Positions 51,453-62,329 of a stretch of 64,000 nt of DNA are shown here, in pieces. Under the pieces are notes generated by a model, which saw nothing but the letters and a program-made list of their open reading frames with translations, was not told where the DNA came from and did not search any database. A program made the translations under genes and the position numbers. The first letter of the stretch is position 1. Every line of letters starts with the position of its first letter. Origin of the DNA: Alphaproteobacteria bacterium (GTDB lineage Bacteria; Pseudomonadota; Alphaproteobacteria; UBA6615); NCBI GenBank assembly GCA_009694135.1, contig SHVS01000011.1, positions 3,972-67,971 on the forward strand. The letters are read 5' to 3'.

Positions 51453-52297
51453 TAGGCTCCGGACTCATAACCAGTAGCTGACGGTGGCGGCGAGGCAGAC
51501 GGCGGCGAGGAAGTTTCGCGCCAGGCGGTCGTAGCGCGTGGCGATCCGGCGAAAGTCCTTGAGGCGGCTGAACATGCGCTCGATCGCGTTGCGGTCGCGA
51601 TAGAGAAACGGCGAGCAGCAGTTCTTCCAGCGCCGGTTGGCCTTTGGCGGGATGTTCGGCGCGACGCCCTTGCTCTCGATCTTGCGGCGCACGGCGTCGC
51701 TGTCATAACCCTTGTCGCCGTGCAGGATCGAGGTCGCGGGCATCTGCTCCAGCAGCGTGTCGGCCGCGATGCAGTCCGCCACCTGGCCGCCGGTGAGTAG
51801 AAAGGCGAACGGGCGGCAGCGGCCATCGCTCAGCGCATGGATCTTCGTGGTCCGTCCGCCGCGCGAGCGGCCAATGGCTTGCGTGAGCTCCCCCCTTTTC
51901 CCGCCCGAGGCGCAGCGATGAGCCTTCACCGCCGAGGAGTCGATCAGGACCTCGGCCGGCGGGCCGCCCGCTGCTGCGAGGGCGTTGAAAATCTCGGTCC
52001 AGACGCTTTTCGCCGCCCAGCGCACGAAGCGATTGTAGAGCGTCTTGCGCGGGCCGTAGACGGCGGGCGCATCGACCCAGCGTCCGCCGGATTTCGGCCC
52101 ATGAATGATGCCGCTGATGACGCGGCGGTCGTCGACTCGCGGCTTGCCGCGCGTATCGGTCGGCAGATGCGGCGCAAGCCTTGCGAACTGATCCTCGCTC
52201 AGCCAGAACATGTCGTTCATCGCCGCGCTCCCACAGTTTGGGAGCGTGAATCACAACGCGCCGCGTCGGCTCAAGCGATTCATGGGTCCGGAGCCTA
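51453..52297 (-). mobile_element. intact IS5-family insertion sequence (IS427/IS1031-like subgroup), ~0.84 kb
   Basis: Terminal inverted repeats TAGGCTCCGGACTCATAA (51453-51470) and, reverse-complemented, TAGGCTCCGGACCCATGA (52280-52297); candidate 2-bp TA target duplication; single transposase ORF. Confidence 0.85.
51465..52220 (-). CDS. IS5-family DDE transposase (251 aa)
   Basis: MNDMFWLSEDQFARLAPHLPT...GGRWVDAPAVYGPRKTLYNRFVRWAAKSVW...DSSAVKAH...LHGDKGYDS...ERMFSRLKDFRRIATRYD motifs typical of the IS427/IS1031 groups; stop codon lies inside the left inverted repeat. Confidence 0.85.
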   Translation of the reverse strand: MNDMFWLSEDQFARLAPHLPTDTRGKPRVDDRRVISGIIHGPKSGGRWVDAPAVYGPRKTLYNRFVRWAAKSVWTEIFNALAAAGGPPAEVLIDSSAVKAHRCASGGKRGELTQAIGRSRGGRTTKIHALSDGRCRPFAFLLTGGQVADCIAADTLLEQMPATSILHGDKGYDSDAVRRKIESKGVAPNIPPKANRRWKNCCSPFLYRDRNAIERMFSRLKDFRRIATRYDRLARNFLAAVCLAATVSYWL

Positions 52298-52363
52298 ATC
52301 ACGCCGCCATGGATGCCAGCCAAAGCGCGGCGTGCTAGGTTGAATTGTTTGAGGAGATTACCG

Positions 52364-53092
52364 ATGCTCGGTCGAAAAATTGCCGCCGCCACCGTTTTGT
52401 TGGCCGCATTCTCCGCGTGCGCTCTGGCCGCGGAGGAGCACGATGCATTCCGGCAATACGGCGTGTGGGATTTGCGGCTCGGCATGGCACTGGCGGAGAT
52501 CGACGCCGACGCCTTTGTCGACCTTGCCTGCGGCACGAATGGCGGTCCACCGTCACGCGCTCTGCCGCGGCTCGAAGCGTTCCGCGCCTGCCCGCCCGAA
52601 GCGTCGGGCTGGCGCGAGGTCTTTCTCCGTTACGACGACCAGGTGGAGTATCGCGCGCGCGCGCTCGACCGGCCCGACGCCGTCGAGCGTTTCTCCGGCA
52701 CGCGCGTGCTCGCCCATCCGGTCATTCTGTCCATCCTCCTCGATGACCAGAGCCGCCTCGCCGGAATCCGTTTTGTCAGCGATCCGCGCGCCGAAGATAC
52801 GAAACGCTTGAGCGCTTATCTCCTCGGGCATCAGATCATGGCGCGCTTCGGGCCCGAGGACTGGGCCTGCGCTGATACCGCTCCCGCGGACGGCGAGCAA
52901 CCGCTCGGCGGATTGTTTGAGAATCGTCGCTGCGACAAGCTCACTCCGGCGGCGGCGCTGCACATCGAGACCCGTTTTTTCCACCGGCCGGGGCAAACGC
53001 TGCTCGATCCGCACACGCGCGAGCCGCGCGGCGGGCAGTTCGAAAGCTGGGCGCGCGTGGAAATTATTTGGGCACCCGCGGCTGGCCGATAG
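52364..53092 (+). CDS. hypothetical secreted protein (Cys-containing), no recognisable family
   Basis: Signal peptide MLGRKIAAATVLLAAFSACALAAEE; 242 aa. Confidence 0.5.
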   Translation: MLGRKIAAATVLLAAFSACALAAEEHDAFRQYGVWDLRLGMALAEIDADAFVDLACGTNGGPPSRALPRLEAFRACPPEASGWREVFLRYDDQVEYRARALDRPDAVERFSGTRVLAHPVILSILLDDQSRLAGIRFVSDPRAEDTKRLSAYLLGHQIMARFGPEDWACADTAPADGEQPLGGLFENRRCDKLTPAAALHIETRFFHRPGQTLLDPHTREPRGGQFESWARVEIIWAPAAGR

Positions 53093-53096
53093 CGAG

Positions 53097-53876
53097 CTAC
53101 TGGCGCAGCGTCCCATCCGGCATCACCGTGTCGCGGAAGATGGCGCCTTCAAGTTTGGCCCCGCTCCAGATCGCAAACAGAAGTCGAGCGCCGGAGAAAT
53201 CGGCGCCGGTCAAGTCCGCTTCCGTCAGATCGGCGCCCATGAAGTCGCTGTTAACCAGCTTGGCGCGGGTCAAATCCGCGCCGCGCAGCTTTGCGCCCAG
53301 GAGGTCAGACCGCTCGATCGTCGCCTCGGACAGACGCGCGAGACGCAAATTGGCGTCGTTGAGGCGAACCTCGCGCAGGCTAGCCCGGGTCAGATCGGCG
53401 CCCGCCATAACCGCATTGCGCAGGTCGGCCTGGTCGAGAACCGCCGCGGATAACCGGGCTTGCGAAAGTACAACATGGCCAGCGTAGGCGCCGGTGAGAT
53501 CGGCCCCGGTCAGGTTTGCCCCGCCGATATCGGCCTCGTAAAGCATGGCTCCGGCCAGCGTGGCGCCGGCAAGATTGGCGCGCTTCAAGTCTGTTCTATT
53601 CATATCCGTGTCACTGAGATTCGCACCGGACAAATTTGCCCCTGCCAGATTTGCCCTGAAGAGATCGGCGCCCACCAGCCACGCACCGGCGAGGTTGGCC
53701 CCCGCCAGGTCGAAGCGCTTCAGCTTGGCTCCGGTGAGGTCGCAGCCGGGGCAGTCCCGAGTCCGCCCGGCGAGAAACTCTGCGCGCGAATCGGCCTGCG
53801 CGGGAAGTGAGACAAACATCGCCGCCGCCAGCACCGCCGCCAGCCGCCGACCCATCCGTGCGTTGGCGTGGGCCAT
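53097..53876 (-). CDS. secreted pentapeptide-repeat protein
   Basis: Signal peptide MGRRLAAVLAAAMFVSLPAQA then >30 A(D/N)LxG/ANLSGANL pentapeptide repeats. Confidence 0.8.
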   Translation of the reverse strand: MAHANARMGRRLAAVLAAAMFVSLPAQADSRAEFLAGRTRDCPGCDLTGAKLKRFDLAGANLAGAWLVGADLFRANLAGANLSGANLSDTDMNRTDLKRANLAGATLAGAMLYEADIGGANLTGADLTGAYAGHVVLSQARLSAAVLDQADLRNAVMAGADLTRASLREVRLNDANLRLARLSEATIERSDLLGAKLRGADLTRAKLVNSDFMGADLTEADLTGADFSGARLLFAIWSGAKLEGAIFRDTVMPDGTLRQ

Positions 53877-53962
53877 TATTCTGGCACGCCGGCTTTGCGG
53901 AGGCCTTCCTCAAATTGGTCGAAGTCTTCCTGGCGGCGATGGTTACGCTTCATGGCCTCGAC

Positions 53963-55771
53963 CTACGATGCAATCGTCGCGCTCGGCGCAATCTTGAGCC
54001 ACGCCTGCACCACCGCGCGAGCTTCCTCGGTACGCCCGAGCTGGCCAAGCGCCGCGGCGTACCGGTTGAGGCAAAGCGGCGAATCCGGCGCCACCGCGCG
54101 GCAGCGTTGCCCAAACTGCACGGTCTCTTCGTAGGCCTTGGCCTGATAGGTCGCAGACATCATGCTGACCAGCGGTCCGCGCGGCGGAAACGGGTCGAGC
54201 GCCCGGTAGAGCGCATAGGCCTTCACTGACTTTTCTGCCTCACCCGCGCGATAATATGTGACCGCGGCCCAATGGAGCGCCCACGCGTCGTTGGGATTGA
54301 GCGCCACCGCCGCCCGGTCGGCCTCGGCCAAGGCCTCGTCCCAGCGGCCGGCAAAAGTCAAGGCCCCGGCGTAGATGGCATGGGCGAGCGCGTCGCGCGG
54401 CGCCAAGGTAACCGCCTTTTGGCCGGCTTCGACAAGGAGCCGTCCAGCGGCCAACCGGGTCGGATCGTCTAAGAAGGGGCTTATCGCCACGGAGTTATAG
54501 GTCTGCGTCAGCCAGATATGGGCGGGCGCATAGTCGGGCGCGAGCGCGACAGCCTGTTCCAGTACCTCGCGGCCCTTGAGGATACTCGCCCGGTCGGCCG
54601 AACCCAGCTGCAGGCTGCGCCCGAGCACCGTCAGCTCATAGGCGCCGAACTTGTCCGGAGTCAGCGAATGCGTGCGCTCGTTCTGGTCGCGGCGGATGTT
54701 CAGGTTCAGCCCGGCGACCACCTTCTGCGTCAGCTCGTCCTGGACCACGAGCATGTCGGTCTCGGGGCGCTCGAAGGTCTCGGCCCAGACGTGCTTGCCG
54801 TCGCGCGTATCGATCAACTGCGCGGTGATGCGCAACCGGCCGCCGCCGCGCCGCACGCTGCCTTCGAGCACATAGCCAACGCCAAGCTCCTGCCAAACTT
54901 TGCGGATGTCGGGCGTTTGCCCCTTGTATTTGAAGCTCGAATTGCGGGCGATCACCTTGAGCTCTGCGAAGCGCGACAGCCCGCTGAGGATGTCGTCGGC
55001 CAGCCCGTCGCTGAAGAACTCCTGCTCCGGATCGTTCGACAAATTGGCGAAAGGCAGCACGGCGATGGCCGGCCGCTCGCTCGTCGCCGCCTCGACCGGG
55101 CGGGCAGCGGTTTGCTGCGACGGCGCGGGCGCGTCTTGGCGGTCGAGCGCGAACCAGCCCGCCGCGCCAACAACTATCAACCCGGCGAGTCCGGCCGCTG
55201 CCAGCAAAGCGGTGCGCCGGAACGACGCCGGTAGAAGCTTGGCCGGTCCGAGCCGCACGGCGAAGGCGTGGATCGGCTCGGCGATGTTCTTCGCCCTGTG
55301 GCGGCCCAGGTCCTCGAATGTCGCCGCGAGTTTGCCCTCGGCGTGTTTCCGCACCTCGGCGGAGATGCACACTTCGCCCGGCGGGCAAAGCGTTTCGAGC
55401 CGCGCGGCAATGTTGACGCCGTCGCCGAAGATGTCGTCGCCGTCCACGACGATGTCGCCCAGATTGACCCCGATGCGCAGCACCATCCGCCGGTCTGCGT
55501 CCTCGCCTTGCGCCCGCTGCGCCAGGGATCGCTGCACCTCGAGCGCCGCGCGCAGCGCATCGACCACGCTGGCGAATTCGGCCAGCAGCCCGTCCCCGGT
55601 TGTCTTGACCTTGCGGCCGTGGTGGCGGGCGAGGGCGGGCTCGACCACTTCGCCCCCCACCGCTTTCACGCGCGCGAGCGTGCCCTCCTCGTCGCGGCCC
55701 GTAAGACGTGAATACCCCACAACATCGGCGGCGAAGATGGCGGCGAGGCGGCGCTTGGCTTCGGTCTCCAT
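53963..55771 (-). CDS. class III adenylate/guanylate cyclase with TM segment and C-terminal TPR domain
   Basis: CHD motifs LAAIFAADVVGYSRL, KTTGDGLLAEF, RIGVNLGDIV; TM LLAAAGLAGLIVVGAAGWFAL; TPR-like C-terminus. Confidence 0.8.
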   Translation of the reverse strand: METEAKRRLAAIFAADVVGYSRLTGRDEEGTLARVKAVGGEVVEPALARHHGRKVKTTGDGLLAEFASVVDALRAALEVQRSLAQRAQGEDADRRMVLRIGVNLGDIVVDGDDIFGDGVNIAARLETLCPPGEVCISAEVRKHAEGKLAATFEDLGRHRAKNIAEPIHAFAVRLGPAKLLPASFRRTALLAAAGLAGLIVVGAAGWFALDRQDAPAPSQQTAARPVEAATSERPAIAVLPFANLSNDPEQEFFSDGLADDILSGLSRFAELKVIARNSSFKYKGQTPDIRKVWQELGVGYVLEGSVRRGGGRLRITAQLIDTRDGKHVWAETFERPETDMLVVQDELTQKVVAGLNLNIRRDQNERTHSLTPDKFGAYELTVLGRSLQLGSADRASILKGREVLEQAVALAPDYAPAHIWLTQTYNSVAISPFLDDPTRLAAGRLLVEAGQKAVTLAPRDALAHAIYAGALTFAGRWDEALAEADRAAVALNPNDAWALHWAAVTYYRAGEAEKSVKAYALYRALDPFPPRGPLVSMMSATYQAKAYEETVQFGQRCRAVAPDSPLCLNRYAAALGQLGRTEEARAVVQAWLKIAPSATIAS

Positions 55772-55915
55772 GCTGCGAGTCCCGAGTGCTCCAAAGTCCT
55801 GGAAAAACTACCATAGCCGGGGCCGGGACGCTAGCGCTGCCCGCTGCGCGACTTGATTTTCGGTGAGTTTGGGCGTATTTTAATCTGGACCGAAGCGGTA
55901 CCCATTGGAGATTCC

Positions 55916-56371
55916 ATGCTCCGTCTGAGCCATTTGACCGATTATGGCGTCGTGCTCCTGTCGCAACTGGCGCAGGAGGCGCCGGCGCTCGTCACCGCGC
56001 CCGGGCTTGCGGCCTCGACTGGCCTGCCGGCGCCGACGGTCGCCAAGCTGCTCAAGGTGCTGACCCATGCCGGGCTGGTCAGCTCGCATCGCGGCGCCGC
56101 CGGCGGCTACACGCTCGCCCGCTCGCCGGTGTGCATCAGCGTCGGCGAGGTGATTGCCGCGATCGACGGCCCGCTCGCGCTCACCGCCTGCGTCGAAGGT
56201 GCGGTCGAAGTGTGCAAGGTCGAGAGCTCCTGCCCAATCCGCGGCCGCTGGAGCAAGGTGAATGCCGCGCTTAAGCACGCGCTGTCTGAAATCTCGATCG
56301 CCGAACTCGCGACCCCAGGCTCACCGGTGCACGATATGCCGGCCGCCTCCGGCGTCGCGCTGTCGCATTAA
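55916..56371 (+). CDS. Rrf2-family transcriptional regulator (IscR/SufR-like Fe-S sensor) preceding the suf operon
   Basis: [18 protein letters not shown]...; Cys ligands C-x6-C-x5-C ([15 protein letters not shown]); ATG 55916 inside listed ORF 55853..56371. Confidence 0.8.
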   Translation: MLRLSHLTDYGVVLLSQLAQEAPALVTAPGLAASTGLPAPTVAKLLKVLTHAGLVSSHRGAAGGYTLARSPVCISVGEVIAAIDGPLALTACVEGAVEVCKVESSCPIRGRWSKVNAALKHALSEISIAELATPGSPVHDMPAASGVALSH

Positions 56372-56382
56372 GGACACCGACC

Positions 56383-57828
<1,446 letters not shown>

Positions 57829-57836
57829 GGGGCAAT

Positions 57837-58592
57837 ATGGCGTTGTTGCAAATCGAAGGGCTCAAGGTTGCGGTCGCCGGCAAGGAGATCCTGCGCGGGA
57901 TCGACCTGGAACTCGTGCCCGGCCAGGTGCACGCGATCATGGGCCCGAACGGCTCGGGCAAGAGCACGCTCGCCTACGCGATCGCCGGCCGCGAGGGCTA
58001 CGAGGTGACCGGTGGGCGCGCGCTGCTCGACGGCACGGATCTGCTCGAACTTGAGCCGGAGGAACGCGCCCGCGCCGGTCTGTTCCTCGCCTTCCAATAT
58101 CCGGTCGAGATCGCCGGCGTCGGTGGCGTCACCTTCCTCAAGACCGCGTATAACGCGCTGCGCAAGGAGCGCGGCGAGAGCGAGCTCGACGCCATGCAGT
58201 TTTTGAAACTGGTGCGCGCGAAAGCGACCGCGCTCGGCGTCGGCGACGACATGCTCAAGCGGGCGGTCAATAGCGGCTTTTCCGGCGGCGAGAAGAAGCG
58301 CTTCGAGATTCTGCAAATGGCGTTGCTCGAACCGCGCGTGGCAGTGCTGGATGAGACCGACTCCGGCCTTGATATCGACGCGCTGAAAGTCGTGGCCGGC
58401 GGCGTGAACGCGCTGCGTTCGCCCACGCGCTCGATGCTGGTGATCACGCATTATCAGCGGCTGCTCGATTATATCGTGCCGGATGTGATTCACGTCATGG
58501 CGGCGGGACGCATCGTGCGCTCGGGCGGCAAGGAGCTGGCGCTGGAGCTGGAATCGACCGGCTATGCCGCCCATGCGGGGGCGCCGGCGTGA
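57837..58592 (+). CDS. sufC: Fe-S cluster assembly ATPase SufC
   Basis: Walker A GPNGSGKST, ABC signature FSGGEKKR, Walker B AVLDETDSGLD. Confidence 0.92.
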   Translation: MALLQIEGLKVAVAGKEILRGIDLELVPGQVHAIMGPNGSGKSTLAYAIAGREGYEVTGGRALLDGTDLLELEPEERARAGLFLAFQYPVEIAGVGGVTFLKTAYNALRKERGESELDAMQFLKLVRAKATALGVGDDMLKRAVNSGFSGGEKKRFEILQMALLEPRVAVLDETDSGLDIDALKVVAGGVNALRSPTRSMLVITHYQRLLDYIVPDVIHVMAAGRIVRSGGKELALELESTGYAAHAGAPA

Positions 58593-59851
58593 AGCCGCTC
58601 ACGCTCGATCGCTTTGGCGGTGTCGGCACACCCGCTTCGGCGGCGCTGAGCTCCGCCGCGCTTAGAGCGATTGTCGCGCATGGTCTGCCCACGACCAAAT
58701 GGGAGGGCTGGCGATTCACTCCGGTGGAGCGCCGGCTTCAGCCGGACTATCGCCTGGCGTCGGAGCCGGTCTCGAGCCCAGACGCGAGTTCCCATCTCGG
58801 TCTTAATGCGGCAAAGCTGGTGCTGGTGAATGGACGCCTGCGGTCGGAGCTGTCGGATCTCTCCGGCCTCGGCCGTGGCGTGGAGTTACGCGGTCTGGCG
58901 AAGGGCTTGCCGCCAGAGCTTGGCGCGCTGGCCAAGGTCGACGGGGGGCGGCCCTTCGTAGGGATGAATACCGCCTGCTTCACTGATGGTGTTCTGCTGC
59001 ACGTCGGCGCTGGGGCGAGCGCGGCGCGGGTAATCCATGTCGTTTCACTGGCCGTGCCGGGCGAAGCGCCAACGGTGCTGTATCCGCGATTGTCGATCAT
59101 GCTCGAAGCCGGCGCGCGCGCGACGCTGGTCGAAAGCCATCAGGGCGTGGGCGCCTATCTCACCGCTATCGTGAGCGAGATTGAACTCGGCGAGGGTGCG
59201 GAGCTTACGCATCTGCGCTTGCAACAGGACGGCGCGGATTCAGTTCATATCGCGCATACGGCGCTGGCGCTCGCCGCCAACGCGAGCTATGCGGCGACCG
59301 CATTTTCGCTCGGTCAGGGGCTCGCCCGCCATGAGCTGCATGCGCGTTTGATAGGCGAAGGCGCGCGGTTCGATCTCTCTGCCGCCAGCCTTGGTGGCGG
59401 GCGCGGGCACTACGATGTGACGACCACGGTCGAGCATCTCGCGCGCGCCACGCAATCTCGACAAAAGGTCAAATGCGTGCTCGCCGGGCGCGGGCGCGGC
59501 GTCTATCAGGGCAAGGTCATGGTTGCGCGCGGCGCGATGAAGACCGACGCGCATCAGATCGCGCGTGCGCTGCTGTTGTCGCCGGAGGCCGAGGCCGATC
59601 TCAAGCCGGAGCTGGAGATCTTCGCCGATGACGTGAAATGCGGCCATGGCGCGACCGTCGGCGAGCTTGAAAGCGAGCCGCTGTTTTATTTGCGTTCGCG
59701 CGGCATTGCGCTGGCCGATGCGCGCCGATTGCTGATCGAGGCCTTTGTCGGCGAAGTTTTGGACGCCGTTCCCGAGGGCGACCTCCGCGATGCAGCCGGG
59801 CGCGCGGTTGCGGCATCGCTTGCGAGCCTGTTCGCCGAGGTGCGGCCATGA
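58589..59851 (+). CDS. sufD: Fe-S cluster assembly protein SufD
   Basis: SufBD-family paralogue after sufC, 4-nt overlap. Confidence 0.88.
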   Translation: MKPLTLDRFGGVGTPASAALSSAALRAIVAHGLPTTKWEGWRFTPVERRLQPDYRLASEPVSSPDASSHLGLNAAKLVLVNGRLRSELSDLSGLGRGVELRGLAKGLPPELGALAKVDGGRPFVGMNTACFTDGVLLHVGAGASAARVIHVVSLAVPGEAPTVLYPRLSIMLEAGARATLVESHQGVGAYLTAIVSEIELGEGAELTHLRLQQDGADSVHIAHTALALAANASYAATAFSLGQGLARHELHARLIGEGARFDLSAASLGGGRGHYDVTTTVEHLARATQSRQKVKCVLAGRGRGVYQGKVMVARGAMKTDAHQIARALLLSPEAEADLKPELEIFADDVKCGHGATVGELESEPLFYLRSRGIALADARRLLIEAFVGEVLDAVPEGDLRDAAGRAVAASLASLFAEVRP

Positions 59852-61098
59852 AAGCCGCGCGCCAGCACACGCCCGTTGTAAGTTATGACGTCGCCAAGCT
59901 GCGCGCCGAGTTTCCGATCCTCGCGCGCAGCGTGCATGGCAAGAAGCTGGTCTATCTCGACAGCGCCGCCTCGGCGCAAAAGCCGCGCGCGGTGATCGAC
60001 TGCGAGCGGCAAGTGTATGAGGAAGAATACGCCAACGTGCATCGCGGTCCGCATTTTCTTTCGGAGTGGGCGAGCGACCGCTTCGAGGCCGCGCGCGCGA
60101 CGGTGCGCAAGTTTCTCAATGCCGCCGATGCGCGCGAGATCATCTTCACGCGCAATGCGACCGAGAGCATCAATCTGGTTGCCGCGACTTGGGGCCGTCG
60201 GTTCCTCAAGGCGGGCGATGAAGTCGTCCTCAGCGAAATGGAACACCACTCCAATATCGTGCCGTGGCAGATGTTGCGCGACGCCATCGGTATCGAGATC
60301 AAGGTCGCGCCGATCACCGATGACGGGGAGCTTTCGCTCGACGGATTTGACAGGCTGCTCGGCCCGCGCACCAAGCTGGTCGCGATTACGCATGTGTCCA
60401 ATGTGCTCGGCACCGTCGTTCCGGTCGCGGAGGTGATCCGCCGCGCCCATGCCGCCGGCGCCAAGGTGCTGATCGACGGCTGTCAGGCGGTGATGCATCG
60501 CGCCGTCGATGTGCGAGCGCTCGGCTGCGACTTCTACGCCTTTTCCGGGCATAAGCTTTATGGCCCCTCGGGCATCGGCGTGCTTTATGGCCGCTCGGAG
60601 CTTCTGGAAGCGATGCCGCCTTATATGGGCGGCGGCGGGATGATATCCTCGGTCAGCTTCGCGCACACCGAATACGCCGGCATTCCGCAGCGTTTCGAAG
60701 CTGGAACGCCGGCGATCGCGCAGGCCATCGCGCTCGCCCCGGCGATTGAGTTCGTCTTGGAACTCGGCTTCGAGGCGATCCAGGCGCATGAACGCGATTT
60801 GATCGCCTATGCGACGCAGCGGCTTTCGGCCATCGATGGACTGACCATTCACGGCACGGCGCCGGGCAAGGACGGCGTGGTGTCCTTCACCCTCGGCCAC
60901 GCGCATGCGCATGACATCGCCACCATTCTGGATCGCGCCGGCATCGCCATCCGCGCCGGCCATCATTGCGCCATGCCCCTGATGCACAGGCTCGGCGTCG
61001 CGGCCACGGCGCGCGCGTCCTTCGGCTTGTACAACACGCGCGTCGAAGTCGATGCGCTCGCGGAAGGGATCGAAGCGGTGCGGAGGATCTTCGCCTAA
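59848..61098 (+). CDS. sufS: cysteine desulfurase SufS (class II)
   Basis: FSGHKLYGPSGIGVLYG PLP-Lys region and RAGHHCAMPLM active-site Cys loop. Confidence 0.92.
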   Translation: MKAARQHTPVVSYDVAKLRAEFPILARSVHGKKLVYLDSAASAQKPRAVIDCERQVYEEEYANVHRGPHFLSEWASDRFEAARATVRKFLNAADAREIIFTRNATESINLVAATWGRRFLKAGDEVVLSEMEHHSNIVPWQMLRDAIGIEIKVAPITDDGELSLDGFDRLLGPRTKLVAITHVSNVLGTVVPVAEVIRRAHAAGAKVLIDGCQAVMHRAVDVRALGCDFYAFSGHKLYGPSGIGVLYGRSELLEAMPPYMGGGGMISSVSFAHTEYAGIPQRFEAGTPAIAQAIALAPAIEFVLELGFEAIQAHERDLIAYATQRLSAIDGLTIHGTAPGKDGVVSFTLGHAHAHDIATILDRAGIAIRAGHHCAMPLMHRLGVAATARASFGLYNTRVEVDALAEGIEAVRRIFA

Positions 61099-61562
61099 TG
61101 CAAGACGATCTGCGCGATCTTTACCAGGAAGTGATCCTGGATCACGGCCGCCGCCCGCGTAATTTACGCGCGATTGCCGATGCCTCGGCCAGCGCGCAGG
61201 GGCACAACCCGCTGTGCGGCGACCAGATCAAGGTTTATCTCACGCTCGGCCCGGGCGATGTGGTGGAAGACGCGTCTTTCGAGGGCAAGGGCTGCGCGAT
61301 CTCGGTCGCCTCGGCTTCGCTGATGACCGAGTTGGTGCGCGGCCGGACGCTGGCCGATATCGAGCGGTTGTTCGGCGGATTGCACCACCGCTGCACCGGC
61401 CAGGGCGAGGCCCCGTCCGAGGCAGGGATCGAGGACGCGATGGAGAAGCTCGACGTTCTGTCCGGGGTGCGCGAGTTCCCGGTGCGGGTCAAATGCGCCA
61501 CGCTCGCCTGGCACACTTTGCAGGCGGCGCTGGCTGGTCGCGCCAAGGTTTCGACGGAGTAG
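61098..61562 (+). CDS. sufU: SUF system NifU/SufU-like sulfur-transfer scaffold
   Basis: NPLCGDQIKV...GKGCAISVASASLM...CATLAWHTL Cys/Asp ligand pattern; taATG overlap with the sufS stop. Confidence 0.8.
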   Translation: MQDDLRDLYQEVILDHGRRPRNLRAIADASASAQGHNPLCGDQIKVYLTLGPGDVVEDASFEGKGCAISVASASLMTELVRGRTLADIERLFGGLHHRCTGQGEAPSEAGIEDAMEKLDVLSGVREFPVRVKCATLAWHTLQAALAGRAKVSTE

Positions 61563-61567
61563 GGCGG

Positions 61568-61972
61568 ATGGCGAGCGATGTAACATTCCGATACGACTCT
61601 TTATACGCCCTAGAGAAGGGCGAGGAAGCGGTGGCGCGCGCCGATGGCGACCGCAAAGCGGGCGACCCCTTGCCGGAGCGCGAGGCGATCATCGATGCCT
61701 TGCGCTCCGTGCATGACCCAGAGATACCCGTGAATATTTACGATCTCGGCCTAATATACGATCTGGACATTGGCGCCGAGGGTTCGGTCAAGTTGCAGAT
61801 GACCTTGACCACGCCCGCCTGTCCGGTCGCCGGCATGATGCCCCAGCAGGTGGCGGATGCGGTCGCGTTGGTGCCGAATATTGGCGAGATCGAGGTGAAA
61901 CTTGTGTGGGATCCGCCCTGGACTACCGAGCGCATGACCGAGGATGCTCGGCTTGCGCTCGACATGTTTTGA
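61568..61972 (+). CDS. sufT: DUF59 (MIP18/SufT-like) Fe-S assembly protein
   Basis: VHDPEIPVNIYDLGLIYDLDI...TPACPVAGMM motif. Confidence 0.8.
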   Translation: MASDVTFRYDSLYALEKGEEAVARADGDRKAGDPLPEREAIIDALRSVHDPEIPVNIYDLGLIYDLDIGAEGSVKLQMTLTTPACPVAGMMPQQVADAVALVPNIGEIEVKLVWDPPWTTERMTEDARLALDMF

Positions 61973-61992
61973 CCGATGGAAAGGGAGGCGAC

Positions 61993-62328
61993 ATGGCAGC
62001 ACCATTGATCACGCTCACTGACCGCGCGGTTGAACACGCCCGGACCTTGCTGGCCAAGGCCGAGAATTCGGCCCAAGGGCTGCGGCTCGCCGTGTCCACC
62101 AAGGGCTGCTCGGGCTTAAGCTACGTCGTCGAATACGCCGACGCGCCGCGCAAGTTCGAAGAAGTGGTCGAGGCCAAGGGAGTGAAGATTTTCATCGACC
62201 CCAAGGCGATCATGTATCTCGTCGGCGCGGAAATGGATTACGTCGAGGGCAAGTTCAAATCCGGCTTCGAGTTCAGCAATCCGAACGAAAAGGGACGCTG
62301 CGGCTGCGGCGAGTCCTTTCACGTCTAA
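61993..62328 (+). CDS. sufA: A-type Fe-S carrier (IscA/SufA/HesB family)
   Basis: GCSGLSY ... C-terminal CGCGESF cysteine triad; RBS aagggagg. Confidence 0.85.
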   Translation: MAAPLITLTDRAVEHARTLLAKAENSAQGLRLAVSTKGCSGLSYVVEYADAPRKFEEVVEAKGVKIFIDPKAIMYLVGAEMDYVEGKFKSGFEFSNPNEKGRCGCGESFHV

Positions 62329-62329
62329 A

